Positions 51,252 to 62,247 of a stretch of DNA of 64,000 bases are shown here, in pieces. The stretch is from NCBI GenBank assembly GCA_963830915.1, contig CAWHOE010000064.1:160001-224000 (forward strand), written 5' to 3'. A program made the translations under genes and the position numbers. The notes beneath the pieces are model-generated. The model was given only the letters and a program-made list of their open reading frames with translations, made no database searches and was not told the DNA's origin. The DNA is from a candidate division FCPU426 bacterium (GTDB lineage: Bacteria; Oederibacteriota; Muellerivitia; Muellerivitales; Muellerivitaceae). Positions within the stretch are counted from its first letter, which is position 1; every line of letters starts with the position of its first letter.

Positions 51252-53075
51252 TCAATGAACGGATGTGGTGGACAAGACTCCCGGACCTGGAGGATGGGGA
51301 GAACGCCACCCCGGCTCCAGCGATTGCACCTCGACCAAGGCCTTGCCGGCCAAGACTTCCTTGACCGCCGATACCACGTGTTTTGGCTCGAAGGGTTCGC
51401 CGTCGTACTTTCGAATATCAGCGTGGGCGGTGATGCCCGTCTCCGCCCTGAGATGGCGCGAGAATTGGCCGCTCTTGTTCATTTCAACCACGCAGATCTT
51501 CTTGCTCTTCCCGAGTATCTCCTTGGCTTCCTTCTCCTGGAAAGGCAGCAAATATTTGAAAGAAAGGTGGTTGGTCTTGATGCCCTCTTTATTCAACCGC
51601 TCGACCGCCTCGGTCACGACTCCCCAGGTCGAACCATAGGATACCAAGGTGATCTGGGCGTCCGCCGGCCCTTCCAGTTTCAAGGGTTTGTAATCTTTGA
51701 AGACGCCTTCCATCTTCCGGGTCCGTTTATCCACCATTTTTTTGCGGATGATCGGATCGGTATAGACGTCGGAAATAAGGACGCCATCCTCATCATGCTC
51801 GTCCGAACCCGCCACATAAAGATGATTGGCCAGTCCGGGTATGGCCCTGGGCGAGATGCCTGAGGGGGTATCCTTGAAACGAAGATAGGTTTTGGGGATC
51901 CCGTCATCCTCGAAGATCATCTCACCACGGTCGATCTTGAAATCCCGATCCAGGACGGCGGTTTCCAGCGTTTGGTGTCCCTCACTCATCAATAGGTCGG
52001 ATAGGACCAGGACTGGGCATTGATATTTTTCCGCCAAGTTGAAGGCCTCTTCCATGGTGTCGTAACAGTCCGAAATGGAGGTGGGCGCGATGATGATCCG
52101 TGGGAAATCCCCTTGTGACGCTCCGATCGCCTGGTTCAAGTCCCCTTGCTCCTGTTTGGTCGGTAAACCAGTGGAAGGCCCGCCGCGCATGACGTTGATC
52201 ATGACCACTGGAGTCTCGATGATCCCGGCCAAACCCAAGGCCTCGGTCATGAGGGCGAATCCGCCTCCCGACGTCGCGCACATCGACCTGGTACCCATAT
52301 GACCCGCTCCAATCGCCATATTGGCCACGCCGATCTCGTCCTCGACCTGTCGGACACAAATCCCCAGATCTTTACCGTGGGTGGCCATCCAGTGCAGGAT
52401 GCCGGTAGCCGGGCTCATCGGGTAAGCGCAGTAGACTTTACAGCCCGCGTTAGCGGCGCCCATGGCCAACACCTCATTGCCAGCGACCATCGCCAGCTTG
52501 GCCTTGCCTTTGGAAAGGGTGGCCGCGTGGGGTTTGTAGGTCTTATCCGCGAAGTCATAACCCGCTTTGGCCGCCACGATATTGGCTTGAACGACTTGGG
52601 GTTTCTTGGCGAAGGTATGCTCAAAAACGGAGGATAAAGCGGAAAAATCCAAACCCAACAGGCGCACCAACGCGCCCAAAGCGACCGTATTTTGCATGAT
52701 CGGCAGTGCGTCCTTGCCCGCCAGCTCGAATACGGGAAGAGGGCAAAGCTGGACTCCTTCCGGGGCTTGGCCCGGTTTCACTTTGTCGCCGTTATAAACA
52801 CAGATACCACCTGGGCCAAGTTCCTGAAGATGGCGGTTCATGGCCTCTTGGTTGAGAGCGATCATGGCCTGGACCTGGTCGCCGATGTTATGCTTCATTT
52901 GGGTGGCGATCCGAAGGCGGACCCAGGAATGGCCCCCGCGGATCAAGGATTGGTAACTGGTATAAACAAAGACGAATAATCCCTGCCGGGCGCAGGATTG
53001 CGCCAAATTATTCCCGGTGGAAGCTCCCCCATCACCGGCCGCTCCCCCGATACCAACGATAATTTCATTTTCCAT
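51252..53075 (-). CDS. korA: 2-oxoacid:ferredoxin oxidoreductase alpha subunit (gamma-alpha fusion)
   Basis: IRGGHS, AYPMSPAT, EDEI, RGGPSTGLPT; substrate specificity not determinable. Confidence 0.92.
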   Translation of the reverse strand: MENEIIVGIGGAAGDGGASTGNNLAQSCARQGLFVFVYTSYQSLIRGGHSWVRLRIATQMKHNIGDQVQAMIALNQEAMNRHLQELGPGGICVYNGDKVKPGQAPEGVQLCPLPVFELAGKDALPIMQNTVALGALVRLLGLDFSALSSVFEHTFAKKPQVVQANIVAAKAGYDFADKTYKPHAATLSKGKAKLAMVAGNEVLAMGAANAGCKVYCAYPMSPATGILHWMATHGKDLGICVRQVEDEIGVANMAIGAGHMGTRSMCATSGGGFALMTEALGLAGIIETPVVMINVMRGGPSTGLPTKQEQGDLNQAIGASQGDFPRIIIAPTSISDCYDTMEEAFNLAEKYQCPVLVLSDLLMSEGHQTLETAVLDRDFKIDRGEMIFEDDGIPKTYLRFKDTPSGISPRAIPGLANHLYVAGSDEHDEDGVLISDVYTDPIIRKKMVDKRTRKMEGVFKDYKPLKLEGPADAQITLVSYGSTWGVVTEAVERLNKEGIKTNHLSFKYLLPFQEKEAKEILGKSKKICVVEMNKSGQFSRHLRAETGITAHADIRKYDGEPFEPKHVVSAVKEVLAGKALVEVQSLEPGWRSPHPPGPGVLSTTSVH

Positions 53076-53391
53076 AGAAAGATTCCTCCCCTAAATAATT
53101 TGAATTCCAATGGATGTTGGCCGTATAAGAACCAAACCTCCCCATGACCCCGCGTAAAAATGCGGCCGAAGTGGACAAAAATCGTTCCAAACCCGTCTGG
53201 AATCAGGATGATCTTGAACTTCGTAGTAGGATCAGGAAAGGCATGATACTCACAGGGATGAATAAATCGCAAGGTCTTTGGGTTTTTTAGCGGTTCAAAA
53301 ACGGGGAGAAACTCGAAAAAAACATCTTAAAGACCGCAATAAATATTCCCTTTCCATCGAAACACCTACCATTGATGGTGGTGTACAAAAT

Positions 53392-53425
53392 AAAAAAGCC
53401 CCACGGGAACATTCCAAGGGGCTTT
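53392..53425 (-). terminator. Probable terminator of the 53449 gene
   Basis: AAAAAAGCCCC...GGGGCTTT hairpin. Confidence 0.6.
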
Positions 53426-53448
53426 GTGAACGTCTTTCTCGACCAACT

Positions 53449-54366
53449 TTATTGGGTCGCACCCGAAATTGTTTCACTGCGGGTATAGGCGATCGATTGG
53501 GTTTGGACCAATTTCATATCCCCTGTGTAGACTTCCATGGAGACCAACCCGATCCCTTTCGCGTAATAATAGAAGTGAACTCCCGCTTTTTTGCCCTCTT
53601 TCAGGATCTTCTCTTGAACGATGACACAATCTGGGTAGTTTTTCTGGTAAACCTGGGCTGGCCCGAAGGACGCTTTATACGAACTCACCGAGCCATCCCC
53701 GTTCCGATGACTCCAATAGGTCGCCCCATCCGGCTTGGGGAACTTGAACACAAAATCATTGGATAAAGCCTTCTCTCCTGAAAAGGTATGTTCCACCACG
53801 TCATCGTAGATGGAGTATTTTTCGACGGTGGTTTTTCCCTGATCGGTCACTTGGAACACCTCTCGGATGGTCCCGTTGGCCATTTGTTTCATTCCCACGC
53901 AAAGAAGAACTCGGGTCCCGTTGGCGGTCGCCCCGTCTTGAGGTTTCAGATACTCGTAATCGTTCTGGCTCCCCTCAACAGCGGGAAAATAATCCGCTAG
54001 TGAGCTCGGGCCTCCTTGCAAGACCGGCTTCTGAGGGACTGTCGGTGTTTCGACAACCACAATTGGTTTTTGGGCATTTTCAACAGTGACTGTGGGAGTC
54101 GGCGTGGGATTGACTGCCACCAACGGATGGGGTGTAGGGGTCGGCGGCAAAGTTGGTATGGCGGCCGGTGGTTGGGATGTCGGCTGCTCCGACGGCGCGG
54201 TTTGCGCGTTCGGTTGTGGTGTATTGAACTGACTTAGATCCACCGGTGGTGGCAAACTGTCCCCTCCGTCCGCAGGAATGGCCGGTGGAGCGAGGGGCTT
54301 GAGCTCATCCGCGTGAAGCCCTCCTTGTAAAAAAAGCAATAAACAGACTGCCAAAACTTTTCTCAT
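53449..54366 (-). CDS. Secreted protein with a Pro/Thr-rich linker
   Basis: Signal peptide, PTPTP repeats, C-terminal domain DYFP...YYAKGIGLV. Confidence 0.75.
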   Translation of the reverse strand: MRKVLAVCLLLFLQGGLHADELKPLAPPAIPADGGDSLPPPVDLSQFNTPQPNAQTAPSEQPTSQPPAAIPTLPPTPTPHPLVAVNPTPTPTVTVENAQKPIVVVETPTVPQKPVLQGGPSSLADYFPAVEGSQNDYEYLKPQDGATANGTRVLLCVGMKQMANGTIREVFQVTDQGKTTVEKYSIYDDVVEHTFSGEKALSNDFVFKFPKPDGATYWSHRNGDGSVSSYKASFGPAQVYQKNYPDCVIVQEKILKEGKKAGVHFYYYAKGIGLVSMEVYTGDMKLVQTQSIAYTRSETISGATQ

Positions 54367-54497
54367 GACTATCCTTTCAATATCGATTCATCAGTAGGAA
54401 TTTTTTCAAAAAGGATTAGATAGGAAGCATCGATCGCTTAAGAATTATATCCTTCTCAAATTCAAAAGTCACTTTTATCCAGGTTTTCCTTTATGGC

Positions 54498-56030
54498 TCA
54501 ATGGAGAAGCTGGCAGTGAAGTCCACCGGAGCCCCAGGCAAAATCAGCGACCGGCACCACATCAATGCCCGCTTTTCTGAACAGGTTAGCCGTGGCTTCA
54601 AAATCCGGATCCGATTCCATGGATACGGCCGTCATCTCATTCCAGAGATCTTGGACGGCCCGGAACAAGGAATTATAGGTAACCGCGTCAGGATTCTTCC
54701 CCCAAACAACGTATTTTTTTCTTATCTGTTCTAACCTTGACGTAATGAGCGCTTGACTTCCGCCCCCATTGGTATCCTGCCTGGGATAATGGGCTAAAAG
54801 CGCCGTACAACGACCAGTTTGCGGATCATAAAAACGGACCAAGTTGGCCGGGCTTCGTACGGGATGGTCATTCAAGATCGGTCGCTCCACAGGAAAGCCC
54901 AAACCCTTTAATTCATCGGCCATAAGGTCATATTCGTTCTGCGCGGAAGAAACAAAATTGGGATCCAGTCCATTGCTCGTCATTCTATCGACCGGGTGGG
55001 TCCCGAATGTTGGTATGAACCCATGGTTGACCTGTCCATCCCCCACGACCGCGACCGACATGTCCAAATGAAATATCTCCTCGTTACCAAGTCCGGGATT
55101 TTCCAGGAGACTGGATGTCATGAAAACAACCGGAACCCCCTCGAAGGCCGTTGAAAAGGCGTTTTGCGCTTCCTCGATGTCCGCCAACGTGATCGATCTT
55201 CCCACAAAAGACTTTCCGTTCAAAAGTTCTAGGTATTTTACAGCTCGATGACGCCCTACCAAAAATACCAGATGGCCATCGGGAGCACGGACCAGATCCT
55301 CGTCCCCACCTTCGGCGCTCACGTTCGGGGGAAGGTCCCTGAAGGAAAAATGATCGGGAAAAGAGCGGCAAAGATCATCCACGGCTCGACGATAAGGCTC
55401 TCGATCGATCTGCCCGCGGAATATGATCCACCGTCCCTCGGTGTCCTTACCCAATATCTTTCCGATATCTTGCGACCATACTAAAGACTCGCCTGTTTTG
55501 AAAAAATGGACTGACTTCTTTATGCGCTCCTCGGGCCAACCACAACGGGTCATAAGGTATTCCTTGAATAAAGATTCTTCTCCTCCCTTGGATTCATGGA
55601 CTAGATCGGGGTCAGGAACAGCTATAAAAACCTGGGTATACGTGGGTATGGCATTCATGATCTGCCCATGGGATAGCTCAAAATTAAGCCAATAGAATTG
55701 TTTCTTCAATTCATTGATCTGGGCGCTTGGGACTCCGGCCTTTTGGATCAAGTCAGGGAGGAAGAAATAAGCTTCTTTATTTGGATCTAGCCCAATAACA
55801 CAGACATCCAGTGGCCTTTCCGATTCAGGGATCAATGTGACGCCATCATGGGTCGTGTACTTGATGGGGTGTGGGTTTATGTTCCCGCGGCTCTCGTGGG
55901 GCACTAAAAAGAGAGCGCACAAATAAATGATCAAGAACACAAAACCAATCCCAGAACATATAAAAATCCATCGATGTCTTTTGGACAAAATTATTCTGTT
56001 GGTGGTCTCGGAAAACGGGGGAATGCTCAT
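54498..56030 (-). CDS. Membrane-anchored pentein (agmatine/peptidylarginine deiminase-like) protein
   Basis: N-terminal TM; WSQD, EGGD, FHLDM and terminal GGLHC motifs. Confidence 0.6.
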   Translation of the reverse strand: MSIPPFSETTNRIILSKRHRWIFICSGIGFVFLIIYLCALFLVPHESRGNINPHPIKYTTHDGVTLIPESERPLDVCVIGLDPNKEAYFFLPDLIQKAGVPSAQINELKKQFYWLNFELSHGQIMNAIPTYTQVFIAVPDPDLVHESKGGEESLFKEYLMTRCGWPEERIKKSVHFFKTGESLVWSQDIGKILGKDTEGRWIIFRGQIDREPYRRAVDDLCRSFPDHFSFRDLPPNVSAEGGDEDLVRAPDGHLVFLVGRHRAVKYLELLNGKSFVGRSITLADIEEAQNAFSTAFEGVPVVFMTSSLLENPGLGNEEIFHLDMSVAVVGDGQVNHGFIPTFGTHPVDRMTSNGLDPNFVSSAQNEYDLMADELKGLGFPVERPILNDHPVRSPANLVRFYDPQTGRCTALLAHYPRQDTNGGGSQALITSRLEQIRKKYVVWGKNPDAVTYNSLFRAVQDLWNEMTAVSMESDPDFEATANLFRKAGIDVVPVADFAWGSGGLHCQLLH

Positions 56031-56347
56031 ATGCCGTTTAGCTTTCTCGATCCTAGGTGAACTGAAGCCGCCTAGAGAAAAAGCAATTTTGATACCAACT
56101 TAGCTTGGCATTTAATTGAGATTAACGAGAAACATATTTTAGAAAACCCGAACATCTTTACTCAAAGTGAGTAATTTGTTCTCACTTGTTCTTTTTTCGT
56201 CGAATTGTAAAAAAATTTTTACACTCAGGAAGGTTTTCTTGTCGGGTTCATTTTGGAATGGTGCGGAACAGAATTCAGTTATTGATTAAGAAAATAATTC
56301 GGCCGTTTAAAGGAAAAAATATTCGATCATGAATTTTTTAATCCATC

Positions 56348-56809
56348 TCAATCAAAACCGTAAAACGAATAGGGAACGCTTTTTGAATCAATGACAGTGC
56401 TATTGACATAGATGACGCCCATCGTACTGTCATACAACCACCCAGTCCCGGCGGCGACTGGGGCGGAACTTTGCGCGGTTACATTCATCAAATTCCCCTG
56501 CGGGTTGATGGCCCCAGCCACAAAAGCGCCTGTTACCTTGACGGGATTGATGTTATCCAAATACTGGCTGAAGTAATAAAGGGATGTGGTTTGAAGCGTG
56601 GTGGGCCAAACGCCTTTTTGATCCCCATAGTAGATAAAGATTGCCGAGTGGATGCTGTTAAGGTTTCCCTTGGTGGCGCCTTCCCGTGATTTCTCAAGCA
56701 TCTGGACGAACCGAGGGATCGCCATGACCGCCAAAACACCGATGATAGCGGCAACGATCATTAATTCAACCAGGGTGAAACCCCTAAAATCATTGTTACG
56801 CTTTCTCAT
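56348..56809 (-). CDS. Type IV pilin / type II secretion pseudopilin-like protein
   Basis: Prepilin motif RGFTLVELMIVAAIIGVLAVMAIP. Confidence 0.9.
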   Translation of the reverse strand: MRKRNNDFRGFTLVELMIVAAIIGVLAVMAIPRFVQMLEKSREGATKGNLNSIHSAIFIYYGDQKGVWPTTLQTTSLYYFSQYLDNINPVKVTGAFVAGAINPQGNLMNVTAQSSAPVAAGTGWLYDSTMGVIYVNSTVIDSKSVPYSFYGFD

Positions 56810-56936
56810 GAACACTCCCGGGATCAATTGGAACTATAACAAATGTCCTTTAAAAATATTTTAGCCTGTTTCCAATGGTAAGTTCGGAAGAAACGGAGAA
56901 ACTCAAACTGCGCAACTTTGTCCGACTAAAATTCCT

Positions 56937-57236
56937 TTATTTCATCTTATTTTCAACGCTTTTCACTTTATCTTCCATCGTTTGGTCCCGATCCGTGCGG
57001 GTCCCGAATTTCAGGGTCGTGGTGATCCGTGGAGCTCCCATTTGATGAACGACCTCATGACATCGCTTGAGGGCGTTGAAGACCTGGTCCCATTCTCCCT
57101 CGATATTCGTGCCGTAAGCGTGCAGTTGGGTCTTCAATCCGGCGTCTTTCAGGACTTTCTCGCAAGCGGCTACATACTCGGAAACCGAAACTCCCACTCC
57201 CAACGGCACCACACAAAGATCCGCAATGACTTTCAT
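56937..57236 (-). CDS. MTH1187/UPF0045 thiamine-binding family protein
   Basis: VVPLG.GVSVSEYVA, GTNIEGEWD, RTDR...KVKSV. Confidence 0.88.
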   Translation of the reverse strand: MKVIADLCVVPLGVGVSVSEYVAACEKVLKDAGLKTQLHAYGTNIEGEWDQVFNALKRCHEVVHQMGAPRITTTLKFGTRTDRDQTMEDKVKSVENKMK

Positions 57237-57288
57237 GAGAACCTCCCCTCGAATTCATCCATCGGTTATTAGATTGATATTGGTTTTT

Positions 57289-58715
57289 TTAAAAAGGGAA
57301 CTTCAGGAAACCAACCATCAGGACTCCGATGGCGCAAAGGAAAAAGGACAGGGAAACCTCGAAGGATGTACCCAATTCCCGGCCCGTCCCCTCCAAAGGT
57401 TTCATAAATAGATACACCACTACCCTCAGATAATAGAACGCGGAGATGAAACTATTCAAGACCGCCACGATCGCCAGCCAGACCATTCCATGGTCCACGG
57501 CCAGTTTGAAGAGATAGTATTTTCCAAAGAATCCGGCGGTAGGCGTCATGCCGGCGAGGGAAAAAAGGAATAAAGCCATCATTGATCCGAGGAAAGGATG
57601 GCTTAAACCCAATCCGCGGTAATCCTCCAACTGGTCGTTGGTTTCGCCCTTCCCCGATGCCCAGGCGGCCCATCCAAAAGCGCCGGCCGTCATCAAGGTA
57701 TAGGCTAATAGGTAAAAAGCCACGGATCTTTCCACATCGTCCGCCGGCGCGAAGGAGGCCGCCGATAGCCCCACTAAAAGATAACCCGCCTGGGCCACGC
57801 TAGAATAGGCCAACATGCGCTTGACGCTGGTCTGGGTGAGCGCTCCTAAATTCCCCAATCCCATGGTCAGGACCGCCAAGACCGGTATTACCGCCGTCCA
57901 ACCGCCGGGCAAACCGAACACCTCAGCGAAAAGCCTGGCGAGTATCCCAAAACCTGCCGTATTCACTCCGGTGGACAGAAGCACCGATACGGGAGCCGCA
58001 GACCCTTCGTAAACATCCGGCGCCCAGGCGTGGAACGGGACTGCCGCCACCTTGAACCCTAGACCCACCAGAATAAGAACGACCCCCAATCCTATGAAAA
58101 GGGGGTAGGTATGGGTATGTTCCAGAAAAAGCCGGATGTCCTGGAATCGAACGCTTCCCGACACCCCATAGATCATCGCGATCCCATACAAAAGGAAAGC
58201 GGACGCGAACACCCCGTTGAGGAAATACTTCAAGGCCGCCTCGGTCGATCTTTCCCTCGTTCTGAGATATCCCGCCAGCACATAAGCGGAAAGGGACATC
58301 AGTTCCAGTCCCATGAAAAGGGTCAGGAAATCGGCGGATATCACCAGGGTTTGCATCCCCGAGACCGCCAGGAGCAGGAGCGCGTAATATTCCCCAGTGA
58401 CCGCTTTTTCACGGACCATATAAGAAGCCGAGAACAGACAAGCCAGCAGAGCGGAAAGAAGGCAAATGCCTGTCAATGTGACCGAATAAAGGTCCATGAC
58501 CACCGAACCTTGGAAAAGGGAGCCGGGCATGGGTGGATGGTTCAACAGCCGGAAACCGCTCCCAGGGCCAGAACCAGGATGGTCCCGGTCAGGATGGGCG
58601 CGATCCTTCGCCCCTCTTCTTTCATTGAAAACTCGACGGTCAGCAGAAGGATCGACCCCGCGATGGTGATCCACAATGGAGATAATCCCCATAATTCGAG
58701 TGGCGCTGGGCTCAC
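57289..58715 (-). CDS. nuoN: NADH-quinone oxidoreductase subunit N; frameshift near 58553
   Basis: GLELMSL, EAALKYF, FKVAAVPFHAWAPDVYEG; hydrophobic N-terminus is in another frame starting at a GTG overlapping the nuoM stop. Confidence 0.9.
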
Positions 58716-60244
58716 CGGCGGCTCCTCTTATTATCCTTTTCCACTTCTTCCTGGATGCGCCTTTGCTGTGCGGCAAAATCGGTCATGACCGGGGGTGGTT
58801 TCAATTTTTCAATGACATTCAACTGGAGGGATTTCTCAGTGGGCCTCAGGAAAAAGTTGGGGGTCAATCCCATCCAGAGGACCAGCAATGCCAGGGGCAG
58901 AAGGACCATTCCTTCCCGGAAGGTCAGGTCATGGACCTTGGGACCATCTTTTTTCTTGAGAGGCCCAAAAAAGAGCCGGCCATAGAGATTGAAAAGGTAC
59001 CAGGCTGACAGGACAAACCCGACAATGGCGATGACCGCCAAGATAGGAGCGATCTTATAGGCCGATACCAGGATCAAAATCTCCCCTACGAACCCGGCGA
59101 ACCCAGGGATCCCCGCCGCCGCTACCATGATCCAGAGGAACATCGCGGCGAACAGGGGCATGGTCTTGGCCAACCCTCCATAGTCGCTCATCTGGTGGGA
59201 TTGGACCCTTTCATAAAGCATCCCGATCAAAAGGAATATACCCGCCATGTAAACCCCATGGGCCACCATCAGGTACAAGCTTCCCTGCAGTCCCGAGGCC
59301 GTGAAGGTGAAGATGCCGAAGACGATCAATCCCATGTGGGACAGGGAGGAATAAGCGGTCATCCGTTTGAAGTCGGTCTGGATCGAGGCCATGAGCGCCC
59401 CGTGCACCACCCCCACGACAGCCAGGATCATCAAGGCCGGAGCGAAATCCTTGGCGGCGGTTGGGAAAAGCGGGATACAGAACCTGAGCAGACCGTAGGC
59501 TCCGAGCTTGACCAGTATGGCCGAAAGATACACCGTGGCTCCAGCCGGGGCTTCGGTATAAGCGTCCGGCAGCCAGGCGTGGAAAGGGACCAGCGGGACC
59601 TTGATCAGGAAAGCCAATCCGAACGCCAGGAAACACCAGAACTGCACATCCTCCGGGAAATAATGATCGAAGATCATGGTGTAATCGAAGCTCTTCACCT
59701 CGTGGGTGATATAAAGCAGGCCCACCAGCATCAGCAGGGATCCGAACATGGTATAGAGGACGAACTTCAAGGTCGCTTGGACCCGATTCTTCCCTCCCCA
59801 AAGGCCGATCAGGAAAAAGGCGGGGATGAGCATCAATTCCCAGAATAGATAGAAAAGGAAAAGATCGGTCGAGGCCAGAGTACCCACCACCGAGGATTCC
59901 AAAATCAGCAGGCAGGCGTAATAACCACGGACGTTCTTTTCAACCGCCCGGAAACTTCCCAGAATGACCAGGGGGGTAAGGAAGGTGGTCAGGAGGATCA
60001 ACCAGAGGGAAAGCCCATCCAACCCAACGCTGTAGTGGATTCCCAGGGACGGCACCAAATTGGCTTGTTCCTTGAACTGGAACCCAGCGTCCGATAGATC
60101 GAACCTGGTGTAAAGCAGCAAGGAAAAGACGAAAGCGGTGCCCGACACCAGCAACGACAGGACTCGGGAAATTCTCGGCTGGGGAAACATCGCCACCAAT
60201 AACGCTCCCGCCAGCGGAAAACCGATCAATATGGAAAGGACCAC
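58712..60244 (-). CDS. nuoM: NADH-quinone oxidoreductase subunit M
   Basis: GLDGLSL, FWELMLIP, IKVPLVPFHAWLPDAYTEAP. Confidence 0.95.
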   Translation of the reverse strand: MVLSILIGFPLAGALLVAMFPQPRISRVLSLLVSGTAFVFSLLLYTRFDLSDAGFQFKEQANLVPSLGIHYSVGLDGLSLWLILLTTFLTPLVILGSFRAVEKNVRGYYACLLILESSVVGTLASTDLFLFYLFWELMLIPAFFLIGLWGGKNRVQATLKFVLYTMFGSLLMLVGLLYITHEVKSFDYTMIFDHYFPEDVQFWCFLAFGLAFLIKVPLVPFHAWLPDAYTEAPAGATVYLSAILVKLGAYGLLRFCIPLFPTAAKDFAPALMILAVVGVVHGALMASIQTDFKRMTAYSSLSHMGLIVFGIFTFTASGLQGSLYLMVAHGVYMAGIFLLIGMLYERVQSHQMSDYGGLAKTMPLFAAMFLWIMVAAAGIPGFAGFVGEILILVSAYKIAPILAVIAIVGFVLSAWYLFNLYGRLFFGPLKKKDGPKVHDLTFREGMVLLPLALLVLWMGLTPNFFLRPTEKSLQLNVIEKLKPPPVMTDFAAQQRRIQEEVEKDNKRSRR

Positions 60245-60258
60245 ATCCAACCCCTTCG

Positions 60259-62241
60259 TTAATGAAGTATCAAATAGATCAAAAGAGCCGCGCCCATCAC
60301 CACATAGAGCAGATAGGCCCGCACTAGCCCCACTTGGGTCTTTTTCAGGAACTTGGCGATCCATTCCACGGCCCGGATCAAGGCGCCCAGCGTCCGGTTG
60401 ATCAAAAGCTGCTCGATGAGTTTGTCAGAGACCCAATGGGCGAAACCCTTGACCCAACGTACCACCGTGACCTCATAGAACTCGTCCACGTAATATTTCT
60501 GCTCAATGGTCTTCTTGCCCCCAGGGATGAGTTTCAGGAACATCGGGCTGATCGTGTGCTTCAAGCCGTGGATATACCAGGCCGTTCCCACACCCAGCAG
60601 GGCCACAAGTAAGGACATGAGCATGAGCAAAGGCTCGATCTTCGGGGAGACGGCGTTGGCTTCCGTGGTGGAAAGATGGAAGAGGGGATCCAGGAACTTG
60701 CCCAGGTTGTCCGCTCCGCCGATGGCGGCCGGTACTCCTAGCCATCCTGACATGAGTGCTCCCACCGCCAGGATAAAGAGAGGCAGGGTCATTGTCTGGG
60801 GGGATTCATGCAAAAGCTCGAAGACCTCCTTGGGGCCCCGATACTCGCCGAAAAAGACCATCACGACCAATCGGGTCATGTAGAAGGCCGTGAGGAAGGC
60901 GGTGGCCAGCGCGATGAAATAAAGGATCTCGGGCAGTCCGGGAACCACCAGATTAGGGGTGGCCAAAGCGCGCCAAAGGATCTCATCCTTGCTGAAGAAT
61001 CCCCCGCAGAACGGCAGGATACCGGTGATGGCCAGCCATCCCATCAGGAACGAGAGACCCGAAAAGGGGATATGTTTCAACAGTCCGCCCATCTTTCGGA
61101 TGTCCTGTTCCCCCTTCATGGCGTGAATGACGCATCCCGCTCCCAGGAACAAACAGGCTTTGAAGAATCCATGGGTGATCAGATGGAAAATACCGGCCGA
61201 GTAGGCTCCCACACCCACGCCCAGGAACATGAAACCCAATTGGGAGATGGTGGAGTAGGCCAAGATCTTCTTGATATCGTTCTGCGCCATGGCGATGGTC
61301 GCTCCCAATAGCGCGGTCAAGACCCCTGTCACCGCCACGACCGTCGAAGCCCAGGGAGCGAGGACGAAGAGGAAATGGAGCCGGGCTACCAGATAGACGC
61401 CGGCGGTCACCATAGTTGCGGCGTGGATGAGGGCCGAAACGGGAGTGGGTCCGGCCATGGCGTCGGGCAGCCAGACATAAAGGGGGATCTGGGCCGATTT
61501 GCCCGCGGCCCCGAAGAAAAAGCAAAGACAAACGATGGTGGCCGATAATTGGTTGAAGACCTGCTTGTGGGCCTGCAGGTCGTTGAAATTGAAGGTCCCC
61601 GCCAGGGCGAACACGATCAACAGCCCCGCCAGGAAACCCGCGTCCCCGATCCGGTTGACGATGATGGCCTTCTTTCCCGCGTTGGCCTTGGCCTCGTCCT
61701 CGAACCAAAAACTGATGAGAAGATAGGAACAGAAACCCACGCCTTCCCAACCCAGGAATAGCACCAGCAGGTTCTCCCCCAGCACCAATACCAGCATGGA
61801 GAACAGGAACAGGTTCAGATAGGTGAAGAACCGCCCGAACCCCGCATCCCCTTTCATGTAACCCACCGAGTAGATATGGATGAGGGTGGAAACGAAAGTG
61901 ACGAACACGGTCATGACGGTGGAAAGAGCGTCCAGCTGGAAGTTCATCCTCACATGGAAGGTCCCCGCCTCGATCCAGTCGAAGAGTTCCTGTGTGAGGA
62001 GGCTGTTCTCCGGCAGGGTCCGAAAGTGCAGGTAAGTGAACCAGGCCGCGAGGAAGGATATCCCGGCGCTTCCGCACCCGATGACAGCCGTGAGCCATTC
62101 AGGGATATGGACCTTTCCCTGGGATGCGATAAGGGTCAAGACACCGTTCAGGACCGCCCCTGCCAGGGGCGCCGCCGCGATCACCCAGATCCAGTCGAAG
62201 GAGATAAGGGCGATATTTTGAAAATGTTCCAGATTCAGCAT
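60259..62241 (-). CDS. nuoL: NADH-quinone oxidoreductase subunit L
   Basis: GWEGVG, GKSAQIPLYVWLPDAMAGPTPVSALIHAATMV. Confidence 0.96.
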   Translation of the reverse strand: MLNLEHFQNIALISFDWIWVIAAAPLAGAVLNGVLTLIASQGKVHIPEWLTAVIGCGSAGISFLAAWFTYLHFRTLPENSLLTQELFDWIEAGTFHVRMNFQLDALSTVMTVFVTFVSTLIHIYSVGYMKGDAGFGRFFTYLNLFLFSMLVLVLGENLLVLFLGWEGVGFCSYLLISFWFEDEAKANAGKKAIIVNRIGDAGFLAGLLIVFALAGTFNFNDLQAHKQVFNQLSATIVCLCFFFGAAGKSAQIPLYVWLPDAMAGPTPVSALIHAATMVTAGVYLVARLHFLFVLAPWASTVVAVTGVLTALLGATIAMAQNDIKKILAYSTISQLGFMFLGVGVGAYSAGIFHLITHGFFKACLFLGAGCVIHAMKGEQDIRKMGGLLKHIPFSGLSFLMGWLAITGILPFCGGFFSKDEILWRALATPNLVVPGLPEILYFIALATAFLTAFYMTRLVVMVFFGEYRGPKEVFELLHESPQTMTLPLFILAVGALMSGWLGVPAAIGGADNLGKFLDPLFHLSTTEANAVSPKIEPLLMLMSLLVALLGVGTAWYIHGLKHTISPMFLKLIPGGKKTIEQKYYVDEFYEVTVVRWVKGFAHWVSDKLIEQLLINRTLGALIRAVEWIAKFLKKTQVGLVRAYLLYVVMGAALLIYLILH

Positions 62242-62247
62242 CGTTCT

